Below are positions 13,043 through 24,087 of a stretch of DNA of 64,000 nt, piece after piece. The notes beneath the pieces are model-generated. The model was not told the DNA's origin, did not search any database, and was given only the letters and a program-made list of their open reading frames with translations. A program made the position numbers and the translations under genes. Each line of letters starts with the position of its first letter. The first letter of the stretch is position 1. Source of the DNA: Azolla caroliniana (lineage: Eukaryota; Plantae; Polypodiophyta); the NCBI GenBank assembly GCA_043228905.1, contig JBHGNT010000013.1:13702001-13766000 (forward strand), read 5' to 3'.

Positions 13043-13287
13043 CGACAATCAAAGTGCCATCCACCTTGCTAAGAATGCGGCCTACCATTCCCGGACGAAG
13101 CATATCCAGTGAAGGTATCACTAGATCCGGGAAAGAGTAGATGACTAGGAGTTCGCGCTGACGAAGATCCACACGGCCGAGAACGGGTCCGATATGTTGA
13201 CCAAAGTGTTGATACCTGACAAGCTGGATGCATGTCGGAAGTGGATTAGACTAGTAAGACATCACATGCCGGAGTGAAGGGGGAGTT
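13043..13287 (+). pseudogene. Duplicate of Copia C RNase H end plus PPT
   Basis: Identical to 46098-46342, including the same premature stops. Confidence 0.9.
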
Positions 13288-14387
13288 TGTTGGGAAACAG
13301 GTCCCTCCGGATGGGAAGTGAGAACCGGATGACGAGTACCCGGCTACAGAAGACCCGGTGAGAACCGGATGTGGAGTACCCGGCTACGGAAGACCCGGTG
13401 AGAACCGGATGACGTGTGCCCGGCAAGCGCCGGATGATGCAAGCCCGGTGAGGACTGCTCACCGGATGAAGGGACATATTCATAAATATGTTTTCTGAGA
13501 GTCCATCGGGGCTATATTTGTAAATAGCCAAAAAGTCATATTAGTATAAATATGACTTAGGGCAAACTCAGAATATAGATGTTGTCGTCATTTCTTGTTG
13601 GTGGAAGATTTGAGAGTGTAACTGTGTACAGAGAGAGAGAGAGAGGAAGAGGTCGTTGCCTCTGTTGTAACCGCCGCCTGTGGCGAAGATAGCAAACTCG
13701 AGGTTGTTGCCTCGGTGCTTTACTGTTGTACATTGTAACATAGTGATAGTTTGCAGCCTGTGGATTGCCGTGGTTTTTGTAAACGTGAGTGTTTGTGGAA
13801 GCGTAAAACAGAGAACACAGAGAGAGAGAGATTACAATTTCAAAATTATATCAAGACTCTGTACACACACTATGCTAAGTAGCACTATTTATACAAGTCC
13901 TCTTGGGACTGACAGAAGTACCATGTACTTCAATGCTCACACGAGCATCTGACACTTACTACGAGACTATAGCTACCTAGTAGTCTATCCTATACTAGGC
14001 TTCCGATTGGACTTCCGGTTACGGATTGCACCCGGCCTCCTCTGCTTGCCGGTTCGGTTGCTCACCGTCATACCGATCCGTTTCGCCCGATCCATCTCGC
14101 TTACCAGCTCCGGCTTATTCAGCCGATCCGGCTCCGGTTGAGCTTGCCGCTCAACACTCCCCCTCAAGCTCAACCTGAGGTGGGGTTGTAGTGTCGACCT
14201 CTGTGACAGTCGGTTCTTCCAACCGACTTCTCTTGGCGTCCCTCCGCCTTGCTCGCGCTCCTCGTCCGGTCCGGTCCCGTTTGTCGTGACCCCTTTGGTT
14301 CTGCGCTGTCGTAGTGTAGGTTGCACACTATGTGGAAATTATATTTTTGTCCCTCCGGATAAAGAATGGAGTGCTCGGTGAGAACCG

Positions 14388-14460
14388 GAAGAAAACGGCA
14401 TACCGGCAAGGAGGAAAACGGCATACCGGCAAGGAAGAAAACGGCATACCGGCAAGGAAG
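14388..14460 (+). repeat. 3 x 23-bp tandem repeat in the Phygy-1 LTR
   Basis: gaaaacggcataccggcaagga repeated; also present in the 3' LTR. Confidence 0.9.
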
Positions 14461-15064
14461 AGCCGGATAAAGAGACATAAATGTAAAAAGAAAGGAAACA
14501 CTCACTACTGCGCAGGGCGTGATTCGAACTCTGCACCTCCACGTTGACAAACCCCAACCTTACCTTTACATTAAATTATCTTAAGTGTTTTAAATATAGA
14601 TTTAATATGTATAAGACCTTTATTTATGCATACCTTTATTAAAAGGTAAATCGTGTATTTCTTTAATATATGAAAAAGAAAAAAAAACACGAGACACTAA
14701 AAATAACTCATGCACATCTAGCGTGCATGAGCCCTATACTTAGGAAATAAAAAAGCATCACATGCACATTTAGTGGACATGAACACTTTTTGTAAAAAGC
14801 ATGTAGCTATGCTTAGTCTCTCCCATCACTATATAAGGATGGGGAGCACATTGTAGTTGTTGTTGATTATTTGGATTACGTATTAATCAATACAAAAATT
14901 ATTCGTGGGATTCACGATTTATACATCTACTTCTCTCTTAACACCCTAAGTACCAATTAATATAGTATACTCGTGTGATTCACGAGTTTCTTATCTTTCT
15001 CTTTGCTATTTACTCTTAATTAATCTCTATCTCACGAACTTCTTTCTCCTAGTCCAAGACCTCT

Positions 15065-17191
15065 GTGGTTCCCACCCGACTCACGCAACGATCCGGAGCC
15101 GAAAGGCACGACACAGTTGGTGAACCCGACGTGAAAACGGGTGGCAAGGAGATGGAGGCTCAACAAGCTAACAATATGATGGCGATGTTCGAACGGATGC
15201 TTCAAGAACAACGCACGATGTCGGAGATTTCGGCATCAGTAGAGCGGCTCGTGCAACGCAACGGGCAATTTAATGGTAAGGATGTGTCGCGATATTTGCA
15301 GGACTACAAGGCGGAGATGCTCCGGTGCCGGGCTTCGGAAGGACTGCAAGTGACATCCTTTAACCGGGTGGCGACCGACGGGCTTCAAGGGAGTATCCAT
15401 GGGTTGCAACAACAAAATCCGACGTGGGAAGCATTCGAAGAGGCGTTAAAGACTACGTTTGCCATCGAGGACTCCTCCAAGGCAACGCGGAGGGGATTCG
15501 AGGATTGGGTGGAAACGTCAGGTAAGGGGTTGAAGGTCCTCGAAGTGTTTTCGACATTCGAAAGTCGGTTCGGGAGGTTGTCCGCGAGAGATCAAACTAT
15601 TCTTGCACCGGACAAAGTCATCATGTTTTTGCGAGCTGTGGACGTCCGGGACCGGAAAGATCTCGGAGTGCTTCTTGAGGACGCGACCACCGAAAGCGGC
15701 CTCACCGAAACATGGGAAAGCGTGCGGGATATCGTCGCGCGGTACACGAAGAGGGGGCAATGGCTTGCCAACGAAGAAAAGAGGGTTTCGGAACCGATTC
15801 CGAAACCGAGAACGGGACTGGAAGACCATCAACCGAGGGCTCGGGAGATTACGGCCGAGAAGGGAGTCGACGCGTCTACGGTGGAGCAGCTGCTGAAGGA
15901 GATGGAGAATCTAAAGATCGCGATGGTGAAGAAGTCGGATGACCGCCCCACAAGCTCCAAATATACGGATCGACGGTGCATATGGTGCGATAGCGCCGAA
16001 CACGATCGGAGGGATTGCAACAACCATAAGGAGGCGCTGCGACGGGATCTCATCTACTACGAGGGAAACCGGATTCATTCGATGGACTCTCGGAAGCCAC
16101 TCCGACCGAACTTCCGGAAAGGCGGCATGAAGAAGGTGCTCGAGGAGGAGTTAGCGACAAGAAGCAACTATGCGACAACCGCGGGAATATGTGTCGGGGA
16201 GTCATCGGGAGCGAAGGCGTCTTTCTGGCCGGAGGTGCTAGGAAACACCGAGAAAACCGACTCCAACGATATCCGAAACACCGCGGAAGGCGTCCGGGAA
16301 GCTACGGGATGGGAGTGCCCTGTCGACAAGAATAGCATATACGCCCTGTGTCAATTACATGAGGTGTATGTGGACGAGAAACGACGGCGCACGGAGGATG
16401 CGGCCGGACCATCGAAGATACCGGAAAGCTGGAACTCCGGAGGTAAGGGAAAAGAAAAGGCGACTCCGGCATTCAAGCTCGCCTCGGACATAGAACAACA
16501 AACCGACTTGAAAAGAGTGTTCGAGGAAAGAATCTTGGATAGCCGGGTAGATTTTTCGCTGCGGGAACTACTCGGAATAGCGAAGAAGGAGTTTCACGAT
16601 CTTCTCGTGGATCTCGTGAAAAGGAAGAGACAAAGTACGGAGGAAAATGCTCCAAGGGTGAATGCAAATACCGTTTCAATGAACGACACCGAAGTGGAAG
16701 GCGAAATTCCGAACTCCCACTATACAAGGCCACACTGGGCACGTGCGACTACGGAGACTCCGGTCCGAATCGGCAACATCAAAGAACCCGTGCTAGCATT
16801 GATTGATCACGGATCGGAGATCAACTTGATGTCCAAGGAGTTCTACCGAAAGGGGAAGTGGCCTATAAACACCAACCATGGATGGAAGATTCGGGCAGCC
16901 ACGAAAATGACAGAAGACCTATTTGCGGCTTGTCCGGATGTGACGGTAAAGATCGGGGATGTCGAAATTGACCAAAATTTCTTTGTGCAGGATGAGGTTT
17001 CACATTCTGTCATCCTCGGCCAACCCTTTATCACGGCTTCACGGATGGAGACGAAGGTGCTCGATAGTGGTGCGGCTTTTGCGCGAATTCGGAGCCAAAA
17101 CGGAGGGAAATCCGTCCAATTCCTAACGGTGCCGGCAAATCACGAAAGGAACAAGAGGGAACTCTTGTCCCAAGTGAGAATGGATTTTTAA
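15065..17191 (+). CDS. gag: Phygy-1 Gag-protease (probable start ATG near 15152)
   Basis: CIWCDSAEHDRRDC knuckle, a segment resembling moss DUF4100 (recall only), and ALIDHGSEINL aspartic protease. Confidence 0.88.
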   Translation: MVPTRLTQRSGAERHDTVGEPDVKTGGKEMEAQQANNMMAMFERMLQEQRTMSEISASVERLVQRNGQFNGKDVSRYLQDYKAEMLRCRASEGLQVTSFNRVATDGLQGSIHGLQQQNPTWEAFEEALKTTFAIEDSSKATRRGFEDWVETSGKGLKVLEVFSTFESRFGRLSARDQTILAPDKVIMFLRAVDVRDRKDLGVLLEDATTESGLTETWESVRDIVARYTKRGQWLANEEKRVSEPIPKPRTGLEDHQPRAREITAEKGVDASTVEQLLKEMENLKIAMVKKSDDRPTSSKYTDRRCIWCDSAEHDRRDCNNHKEALRRDLIYYEGNRIHSMDSRKPLRPNFRKGGMKKVLEEELATRSNYATTAGICVGESSGAKASFWPEVLGNTEKTDSNDIRNTAEGVREATGWECPVDKNSIYALCQLHEVYVDEKRRRTEDAAGPSKIPESWNSGGKGKEKATPAFKLASDIEQQTDLKRVFEERILDSRVDFSLRELLGIAKKEFHDLLVDLVKRKRQSTEENAPRVNANTVSMNDTEVEGEIPNSHYTRPHWARATTETPVRIGNIKEPVLALIDHGSEINLMSKEFYRKGKWPINTNHGWKIRAATKMTEDLFAACPDVTVKIGDVEIDQNFFVQDEVSHSVILGQPFITASRMETKVLDSGAAFARIRSQNGGKSVQFLTVPANHERNKRELLSQVRMDF
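15118..15135 (+). promoter_or_regulatory. PBS complementary to the tRNA-Trp 3' end
   Basis: tggtgaacccgacgtgaa is the reverse complement of plant tRNA-Trp ...ttcacgtcgggttcacca (from recall). The same PBS occurs at 48357 and 49599. Confidence 0.85.
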
Positions 17192-17325
17192 AGCGGACTG
17201 TTGCGGAGTGGGGAAGTGATAGTCCGAGAAGCCCTGATACCCCACACAGGAAGAAAAGTCTCGGAGCAAAACAAGTACGAATCGGCCCGGATGGGGCATC
17301 TACGTACACGGCCGTAACCGGAGGA

Positions 17326-18637
17326 ATGAAGAAACAATACCGACAAGTGGAGGATAAGTTACGGTCGGCATCAATAATAAAAGAAGACGAAGAAATCGTG
17401 GGAGTGATCGAGGAAGTGTTCTATGGGAATACACTACAACGGCTTGAAGAGCTTGCGGAAGATAAAAGCCAAGGGAACCGGGTAGTCCCGGTGGAATCGG
17501 TCGAGATGTACGAGATCGTTGCGAAAATGGGGCCGGGTGCGCTCCGCAAAGAAGAAGCAATGGTAAGTACGAAATACAAGACCGTGGAGAAGAAGGTGAA
17601 ACCGGCCGCGGGACCACTACCCGCCGATAGCGAACAAAAGAAGAAAGAAGTCTCGGGAGATCCGACACTTCGGAAGTCCGTGGATATCGGACATGCCTTC
17701 ACAGATGAGACCCGGAAGAAACTTCGGATCGGTGGAGGTGGGTTCCTCTTACAAGAAGAAGAAAAACGGTTTCGAGAGATGTTGGAGCAACATGGCAAAG
17801 CATTCGCGTTCACATCGAGGGAGATCGGATGCATTGATCCAAAGATAGTGGAGCCGATGGTGATTTTCACGATTGATCATGTACCGTGGAACCTGAAGCC
17901 GATTCCGGTGCCACGGGCGCATATTCCGAAAGTCATCGACTTGCTCAAGGAGAAGGTGGCGATGGGGATTCTAGAGCCATCAAGTGCTCCGTACTCAAAT
18001 CGATGGTTTACGGTTCCGAAGAAGAATGGGTCACTCCGATTCATCCAAGACTTGCAACCGGTGAACAAGGTCACGATCCGGAACTCGGGAGTCGGTCCGA
18101 TAGTGGACGAATTCGCGGAAGCTTTTGCCGGACGTGCGATATACTCCATCGGGGACCTATACTCGGGGTATGACCAATTCCAACTAGCCGTGGAGAGCCG
18201 AGACATCACTACCATGCGGACACCGATAGGACTAGTTCGAATGTGCACACTACCACAAGGAGCGACAAACTCGGTTGCACATATGATGAACGCGATGAAC
18301 AAGGTGCTTCGAGATTGCATCCCGGAGATAACGATGCCGTTTCTAGATGACATTCCGATGAAAGGATGCGCGGTGGAAGAAAAAGATGAGACTATGGATG
18401 ATCGGGGATGCCGAAAGTTCGTGGTCGACCATATTCATGATTGCGAGAAAGTGTTGCGAAAGCTAGAAGATGTGCACCTAACACTTTCCGGGGAGAAATC
18501 GGCATTCGGGCAAGAAGAGATATTGGTGGTCGGACATCTATGTGGACCCTACGGCCGAAGACCGTCACCAACAAAGATCGATGCGATTCAAGCTATGAAG
18601 GAAGTATGTGAGTCAACATCGGAAGTCCGAAGGTTTC
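17326..18637 (+). CDS. pol: Phygy-1 Pol, RT part (-1 frame to gag, open from the gag stop), interrupted by Tcn1-1
   Basis: FIQDLQPVNK, DLYSGYDQF, LPQGATNS and FLDD motifs. Rejoins in frame at 24383 (RRFLGACAFY). Confidence 0.92.
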
Positions 18638-19076
18638 TGTCAGGAACTCTATTAAGGCAGAGAAGGAATTAGTACTAAAAGAAGGATTAGTACTATTGTT
18701 GGGGAATAGTACTAAGACAGAGAAGGATTAGTACTATGAGAGGTGTCGAACTTTGAGAGAAGGAATGAGTGAGTGAGAGAGAGAGAGAGAATGATGATGC
18801 GAAAGATATATGTATTATATGACGGAAGATATACAACAGTAGTTAGAAGGCTTAAGACTGGCGTTGAACCGATTTGGTTCGAACTAATGCCTTGTGCCTC
18901 CTTTCATAGTGTCTTCAGGAATACTCCTGAAGTTTCTAGAATGTTCCAGAGAAATCTGGAATATACATCAATTTCCCAATAAAACCTAAATGAAAATAAT
19001 ATCCTTCAAATTACAATTCATAACCTAATGGTAAAGTCTCGACCCGTGTAACAAAAGGTTATGGGTTCGAGTCTAG

Positions 19077-22000
19077 TTATGACACTATCCCCCCTTTAAA
19101 ACGACGAGTTTCACGAGTCGTTTTGGATTGAGGACCCGGTTTCTCGGGATGTCGTCGATGGAAGTCTTCTAGAAGAGCACGAGCATTGGTCACATTCTCG
19201 ATCGGTTCCCAAGTACGCTCGCTGGGACTATATCCTAGCCAATCGACTAGATAGTAGAGCTTGTTGCGAACAATCTTGGAATCGAGGATGGCAGCGACCT
19301 CATACTCAGGTCCATCTTCGAGCTCGATAGGAGGTGGAGGTTGTATAGTACGTCCTGGGATAGTGCTCTCGTGATAGGGTTCGAGGAGAGAACTATGAAA
19401 CACCGGATGTATCCGAAGTTGCGGAGGTAGCTCGAGACAAAAAGCGACATCATTAATCTTCCCGATAATACGGAAAGGACCTAATCGCCGATAATCCAAC
19501 TTCTCACATGGGCGAGTAGTCTTGATGTGTCGTCGTAGCAGCCACACCCGATCTCCAATGTTAAAACTGGATGGAAGTCGATGACGATCTGCGTAGTCCT
19601 TGTGTGATTGTTGAGCTTGCTGGAGTTGAGTAGATAAATCCGCTTGTATCTTGCGTAACCGCTCCAAACGATCCTCCGCGCAAGGATTTGTGGACACTTC
19701 TGGGGTTTCAAGGACACACCACCGGGGATGATATCCCGTATAAGCGTAGAATGGCGTGACTTTAGTTGATGCGTGGATAGCGTTATTATAGGCAAATTCG
19801 GCGAACTGAAGAATATCTGCCCAGTCATTCTGATGATAGTTGAGAAAGCACCGCAGATACTGCTCCAGTGTTTGATTTGTTCGTTCGGCTTGACCGTCGG
19901 TTTGTGGGTGGTAGCCGGAGGAGAGGTTACAAGTGACCTTCAGCATTTTAAAAAGGTGCTTCCAGAATTTTGACACAAACTGGGGTCCACGATCGCTGAT
20001 GATATTATCAGGGAGTCCATGATGCCGACATACTTCCCGCATGACAATTTCGGCGGTGTCTTCACTAGATATTTCTTTAGTACATGGTAAGAAATGAGCC
20101 ATCTTCGTATATCGATCCACCACTGTGAGAATCGCACTGAATCCCTTAGAGACTGGAAGATCTGTAATGAAGTCAAGAGCAATGGATTGCCATGGCTTGC
20201 TTGGAATTGGTAATGGTTCTAATAAACCATATGGATGATGTCTTGGCATTTTCGCTCTGCAGCATGTATCGCAAGTCCGAACAAAATCTTCGACAAATTG
20301 TCGCATACGGGGCCACCAGAATGATCGTTGTACTAAATCTAATGTTTTAGTACTACCAAAATGTCCTGCTGTATATGTGTCATGGCAGTTTTGTACTACT
20401 CGAAGGCGGCAAGAACCATTAGGAACATACAAAAGTTCTTTAAAGAAGAGTAATCCATCACAGTATTTGAATTGCCGATAATCCGTACCTGGTGATTGCG
20501 ATTGTGAACATGACGCTCGAGAGGGGTCAATTTGTGCTAGTATAGCTTGGGCGAAAGCGTCAGTCTTCAAGTCCTTACGTATAGTATTGGTAATGTCGGA
20601 ATCCACGGGCATGTCAAAGACCTGTGCTGCTTGCAGTCGTGCTGGGCCCAAGATTACTTGCTTCTGGTTATCGAAAGCTGGCTCACCGGGACGTGGTGTT
20701 AGATACGAACGCCGTGATAATGCATCTGCCTTCCCTTGGTGCTTCCCCGGACGATATGTAATTTTGAAGTCGAAGCGTGTGAGGAAGTGGGCCCACCGAG
20801 CTTGACGTCGATTCAGTACACGAGCATCTTGAAAGTAGGCAAGGTTCTTGTGGTCACTGAATACAGTGACCTGATGAGGAGATCCCTCCAGGAAATGCCT
20901 CCATTGCATAAAAGAATCAACTATTGCTAATAGCTCTTTATCATGAATTTCGTAGTTGATTTCGGCGGCGTCAAACTTACGGGAGTGGAAAGCCACAGGA
21001 TGTAGCTTCTCGTCGTTACCCTGTTGTGACAGAATGCTCCCCAATGCGAAATCCGATGCGTCAGCTTCGATAATGAATGGTTTTTCCGGATCCACATGAC
21101 CTAAAATTGGAGCTGATGTAAACGCCTTCTTAAGACTCTCGAAAGCCATGTCCGTCTCTTTAGACCAAATGAATGATTGTCCCTTCCTGGTGAGCTGTGT
21201 GAGAGGCAGCACAATTTTTGAGTAATTTTGTATGAACTTCCGGTAGAAATTTGCAAAGCCTAGGAAGCATTGCACATCCCGCACCGAACGCGGAGTGTGC
21301 CATTCTATCACCGTTTTGACCTTGGCTGGGTCCATAGATATGCCTTCTGAGGAGATGACATAGCCGAGAAACTCCACTTGGTTGCACCCGAAACTACATT
21401 TCTCTAACTTTGCATACAGACCATGTTCTCGAAGTCGTTTTAGTACTAATAGTACATGAGAATCATGTTCTTCTTGGGTCTTTGAATAAACCAGTAGATC
21501 ATCCAAATAGATGATCAAAAAATCATCCAAGAGATCTCGAAATATATCATTCGCCATGTGCTGGAAGACTGCCGGCGCATTAGTAAGTCCGAACGGCATG
21601 ACCGTATACTCGAAGTGCCCATATCTGGTGCGAAACGCGGTCTTCCATTCATCTCCTGGTCGGATCCGTACGAGGTTATAGGCTCCTCGTAAGTCGATCT
21701 TCGTGAAGAACCTGGCACCGTTGATCCGTTCTAAAAGACTTGAGATAAGGGGAAGAGCATACCTATTTCTTACTGTGACCTTATTCAAGCCACGGTAATC
21801 TACAACGAGTCGAAGCGAGCCATCTTTTTTCTTGACGAAGAAAATGGGTGCGCCGGCCGGAGATTTCGAATGCCGAATGAAACCGTTCTCCAAATTCTCC
21901 TCTATATAGGCTCGAAGGACTTCTAGCTCGGTTGGTGACAAATTGTAGATCGGCCCCCATGGCGGCTCTTTTCCCGGTTGTAAGTCGATGGCGCAGTCGT

Positions 22001-22634
22001 ACGGCCGATGATGAGGAAGTGTGTTGGCTTGTACTTTATCGAACACATCAGCATACTGACGATACTTCTCGGGAAGTTGAACGGTGGACTCCTCTTTGGT
22101 GGTGCTGGAGGGTTGTACTGATATTGCAAAGAGAAACATTTCCTCCTTGCGCCCTTCCTCACGCAACTGACGTAGCGAAATGGTTGCAACCTTCTGGGTA
22201 GATCCTTGGGTTTGTCGCAACCGGATTTCCCTTGTCCTCCAATCTATGTCTGGGTCATGTAACTCGAACCATGGTAATCCTAAAACTATGGGATGTTCTG
22301 GAATACTAATAATATTAAATGATACTACACATGTTAAGTTATCTAGGACAATATTAACGGGTTCCGACTCTTCTATGATATTACCAGAAGCAATGGGACG
22401 ACCATCAATGACTACTACTGAGGCTGGACATGGGAGCTTTCTGAGAGATATCTGATGAGCTCGGGCAAAATTCCTATCCATGAAGCAAGAATTAGCTCCG
22501 GAATCTAGAAGGGCTAAGGTATGTACTGGAGGGGTACTTTTAGTACTAACTGCTACTTGGGCTACGAACACATCACTAACTTGCTTAGAGGAAATGGAAC
22601 CACTAATGGGCTGCACAGATCTAGGGCTGTCCAA
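19077..22634 (-). CDS. pol: Tcn1-1 Pol: PR-RT-RH-IN-chromodomain
   Basis: LLDSGA, YLDD, ADASD, HHCC/DDE integrase and EYEVAAILDS..YLVDWLGY..TWEP chromodomain. Uninterrupted 1185 aa. Confidence 0.97.
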   Translation of the reverse strand: MDSPRSVQPISGSISSKQVSDVFVAQVAVSTKSTPPVHTLALLDSGANSCFMDRNFARAHQISLRKLPCPASVVVIDGRPIASGNIIEESEPVNIVLDNLTCVVSFNIISIPEHPIVLGLPWFELHDPDIDWRTREIRLRQTQGSTQKVATISLRQLREEGRKEEMFLFAISVQPSSTTKEESTVQLPEKYRQYADVFDKVQANTLPHHRPYDCAIDLQPGKEPPWGPIYNLSPTELEVLRAYIEENLENGFIRHSKSPAGAPIFFVKKKDGSLRLVVDYRGLNKVTVRNRYALPLISSLLERINGARFFTKIDLRGAYNLVRIRPGDEWKTAFRTRYGHFEYTVMPFGLTNAPAVFQHMANDIFRDLLDDFLIIYLDDLLVYSKTQEEHDSHVLLVLKRLREHGLYAKLEKCSFGCNQVEFLGYVISSEGISMDPAKVKTVIEWHTPRSVRDVQCFLGFANFYRKFIQNYSKIVLPLTQLTRKGQSFIWSKETDMAFESLKKAFTSAPILGHVDPEKPFIIEADASDFALGSILSQQGNDEKLHPVAFHSRKFDAAEINYEIHDKELLAIVDSFMQWRHFLEGSPHQVTVFSDHKNLAYFQDARVLNRRQARWAHFLTRFDFKITYRPGKHQGKADALSRRSYLTPRPGEPAFDNQKQVILGPARLQAAQVFDMPVDSDITNTIRKDLKTDAFAQAILAQIDPSRASCSQSQSPGTDYRQFKYCDGLLFFKELLYVPNGSCRLRVVQNCHDTYTAGHFGSTKTLDLVQRSFWWPRMRQFVEDFVRTCDTCCRAKMPRHHPYGLLEPLPIPSKPWQSIALDFITDLPVSKGFSAILTVVDRYTKMAHFLPCTKEISSEDTAEIVMREVCRHHGLPDNIISDRGPQFVSKFWKHLFKMLKVTCNLSSGYHPQTDGQAERTNQTLEQYLRCFLNYHQNDWADILQFAEFAYNNAIHASTKVTPFYAYTGYHPRWCVLETPEVSTNPCAEDRLERLRKIQADLSTQLQQAQQSHKDYADRHRLPSSFNIGDRVWLLRRHIKTTRPCEKLDYRRLGPFRIIGKINDVAFCLELPPQLRIHPVFHSSLLEPYHESTIPGRTIQPPPPIELEDGPEYEVAAILDSKIVRNKLYYLVDWLGYSPSERTWEPIENVTNARALLEDFHRRHPEKPGPQSKTTRETRRFKGGIVS

Positions 22635-22660
22635 CCAAACGGCTCCTATTTTGGCTGGAC

Positions 22661-23830
22661 TTAGTCGTTTAACTCTTCTTCTAATTGGCTAAGGACATCA
22701 AATTTGTTTGCGAGATTCGGACTATTAGTACTATTAGGACTATTATGACTATGAGGATTATCAGAGATTCCTACTGAAATAGACTCGGGTTTAGTATAGT
22801 CAGAACTAACAATGACTTGGTTTACCTGCCTTCTTGGTCTATGGGGACAGTTTATCGCGATATGCCCTGGTCCACCGCAATAAAGGCATAATCGGTTTGT
22901 TCGGCGTCGTTGCTTTTCCTCCTCCGATAGCGGCCCACGACGACGTGTAGTGTCAATTTCCATTGGAGTTGTAGTACTTACTGGAGGCGCATTATGTGAC
23001 TCCCTTTGAAAATGTTTCGCTACCACTGAGGCATAGGTAGGCTCGGATCTTGCCCTCGGCATCTGAAATTGTCGTTCCGAACGTCGCTCGAAGAGGCGGT
23101 TGTCACATCTGACCGCTCGACTGATTGCTTCTGTTAATGATTTTGGCTCTTCAGGGAAAGTCAAGAGTAAATCCTTGACATCGTTGCGTAGACCATAGCG
23201 GAACTGCTCCATCAATGCTTGATCATCCCAGGGGATATCGGCGGCGAGTAGGCGGAAATCTGCAGCATATGCGGAGGCTGGACGGTCACCTTGGCGTAAT
23301 CGCCGGATTTTGTTGATTGCAGTTCTTATGCTGTCAGTATCTCCAAAACATGCTTTAAACTCACTTATGAATTCTTCAAAATTATTTAGTACTGGAGATT
23401 CCTTTTCTAGTAGCGGAGCGAACCATGCTAATGCTGAGCCATTTAACAACGTGCCTACTAAACCCACTCGTGATGCATCGGTGGGATATCGGGACGGATG
23501 CATTTGAATAACTAACCGTACCTGGTTAAGAAACCCTCTAAACTGCGATCGCGTTCCATCGAACTTCGTGGGAAGGCCAATCTTGGGTTCTTTATGAATC
23601 CCTTGTGCTCCGTGCCCTTGTTGTTGCATTGCTACGATGGTTGCTTCGAGTTGTTGCACGCGTAACGCAAGTTCCCCATGCTGTTGTTGCGTTTGCTGCT
23701 TTTCTAAGGAAATTTGCTGAAGATCCCCCAACAAGCGTTGATTTTCTTGTTCCAAAGCATGAAACTTCTCTTTCAAGCATTGAAATTCCGAGAAAACGGA
23801 TTGATACTCTTCAGCGCTAACGGTGGCCAT
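22661..23830 (-). CDS. gag: Tcn1-1 Gag
   Basis: Coiled-coil N-terminus, PTKFDG..FL, LRQG..AYAADF, PMEID and CLYCGGPGHIAINC motifs. Confidence 0.95.
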   Translation of the reverse strand: MATVSAEEYQSVFSEFQCLKEKFHALEQENQRLLGDLQQISLEKQQTQQQHGELALRVQQLEATIVAMQQQGHGAQGIHKEPKIGLPTKFDGTRSQFRGFLNQVRLVIQMHPSRYPTDASRVGLVGTLLNGSALAWFAPLLEKESPVLNNFEEFISEFKACFGDTDSIRTAINKIRRLRQGDRPASAYAADFRLLAADIPWDDQALMEQFRYGLRNDVKDLLLTFPEEPKSLTEAISRAVRCDNRLFERRSERQFQMPRARSEPTYASVVAKHFQRESHNAPPVSTTTPMEIDTTRRRGPLSEEEKQRRRTNRLCLYCGGPGHIAINCPHRPRRQVNQVIVSSDYTKPESISVGISDNPHSHNSPNSTNSPNLANKFDVLSQLEEELND

Positions 23831-24051
23831 GGGATGAAGGAAAAGGGAAATAAGAGACTAGTAGGGAAGGAGGGAGACAGAAGGAAGAGGGAGACTAGTA
23901 GGGGAAATCGGTTCAAACTGTCAGGAACTCTATTAAGGCAGAGAAGGAATTAGTACTAAAAGAAGGATTAGTACTATTGTTGGGGAATAGTACTAAGACA
24001 GAGAAGGATTAGTACTATGAGAGGTGTCGAACTTTGAGAGAAGGAATGAGT

Positions 24052-24087
<36 letters not shown>

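Noticed and set aside
13318-13430. CRISPR-like array (also 14388-14460 and 62343-62445)
   Set aside because: Plain tandem repeats inside LTRs with no unique spacers and no cas genes; the context is eukaryotic.
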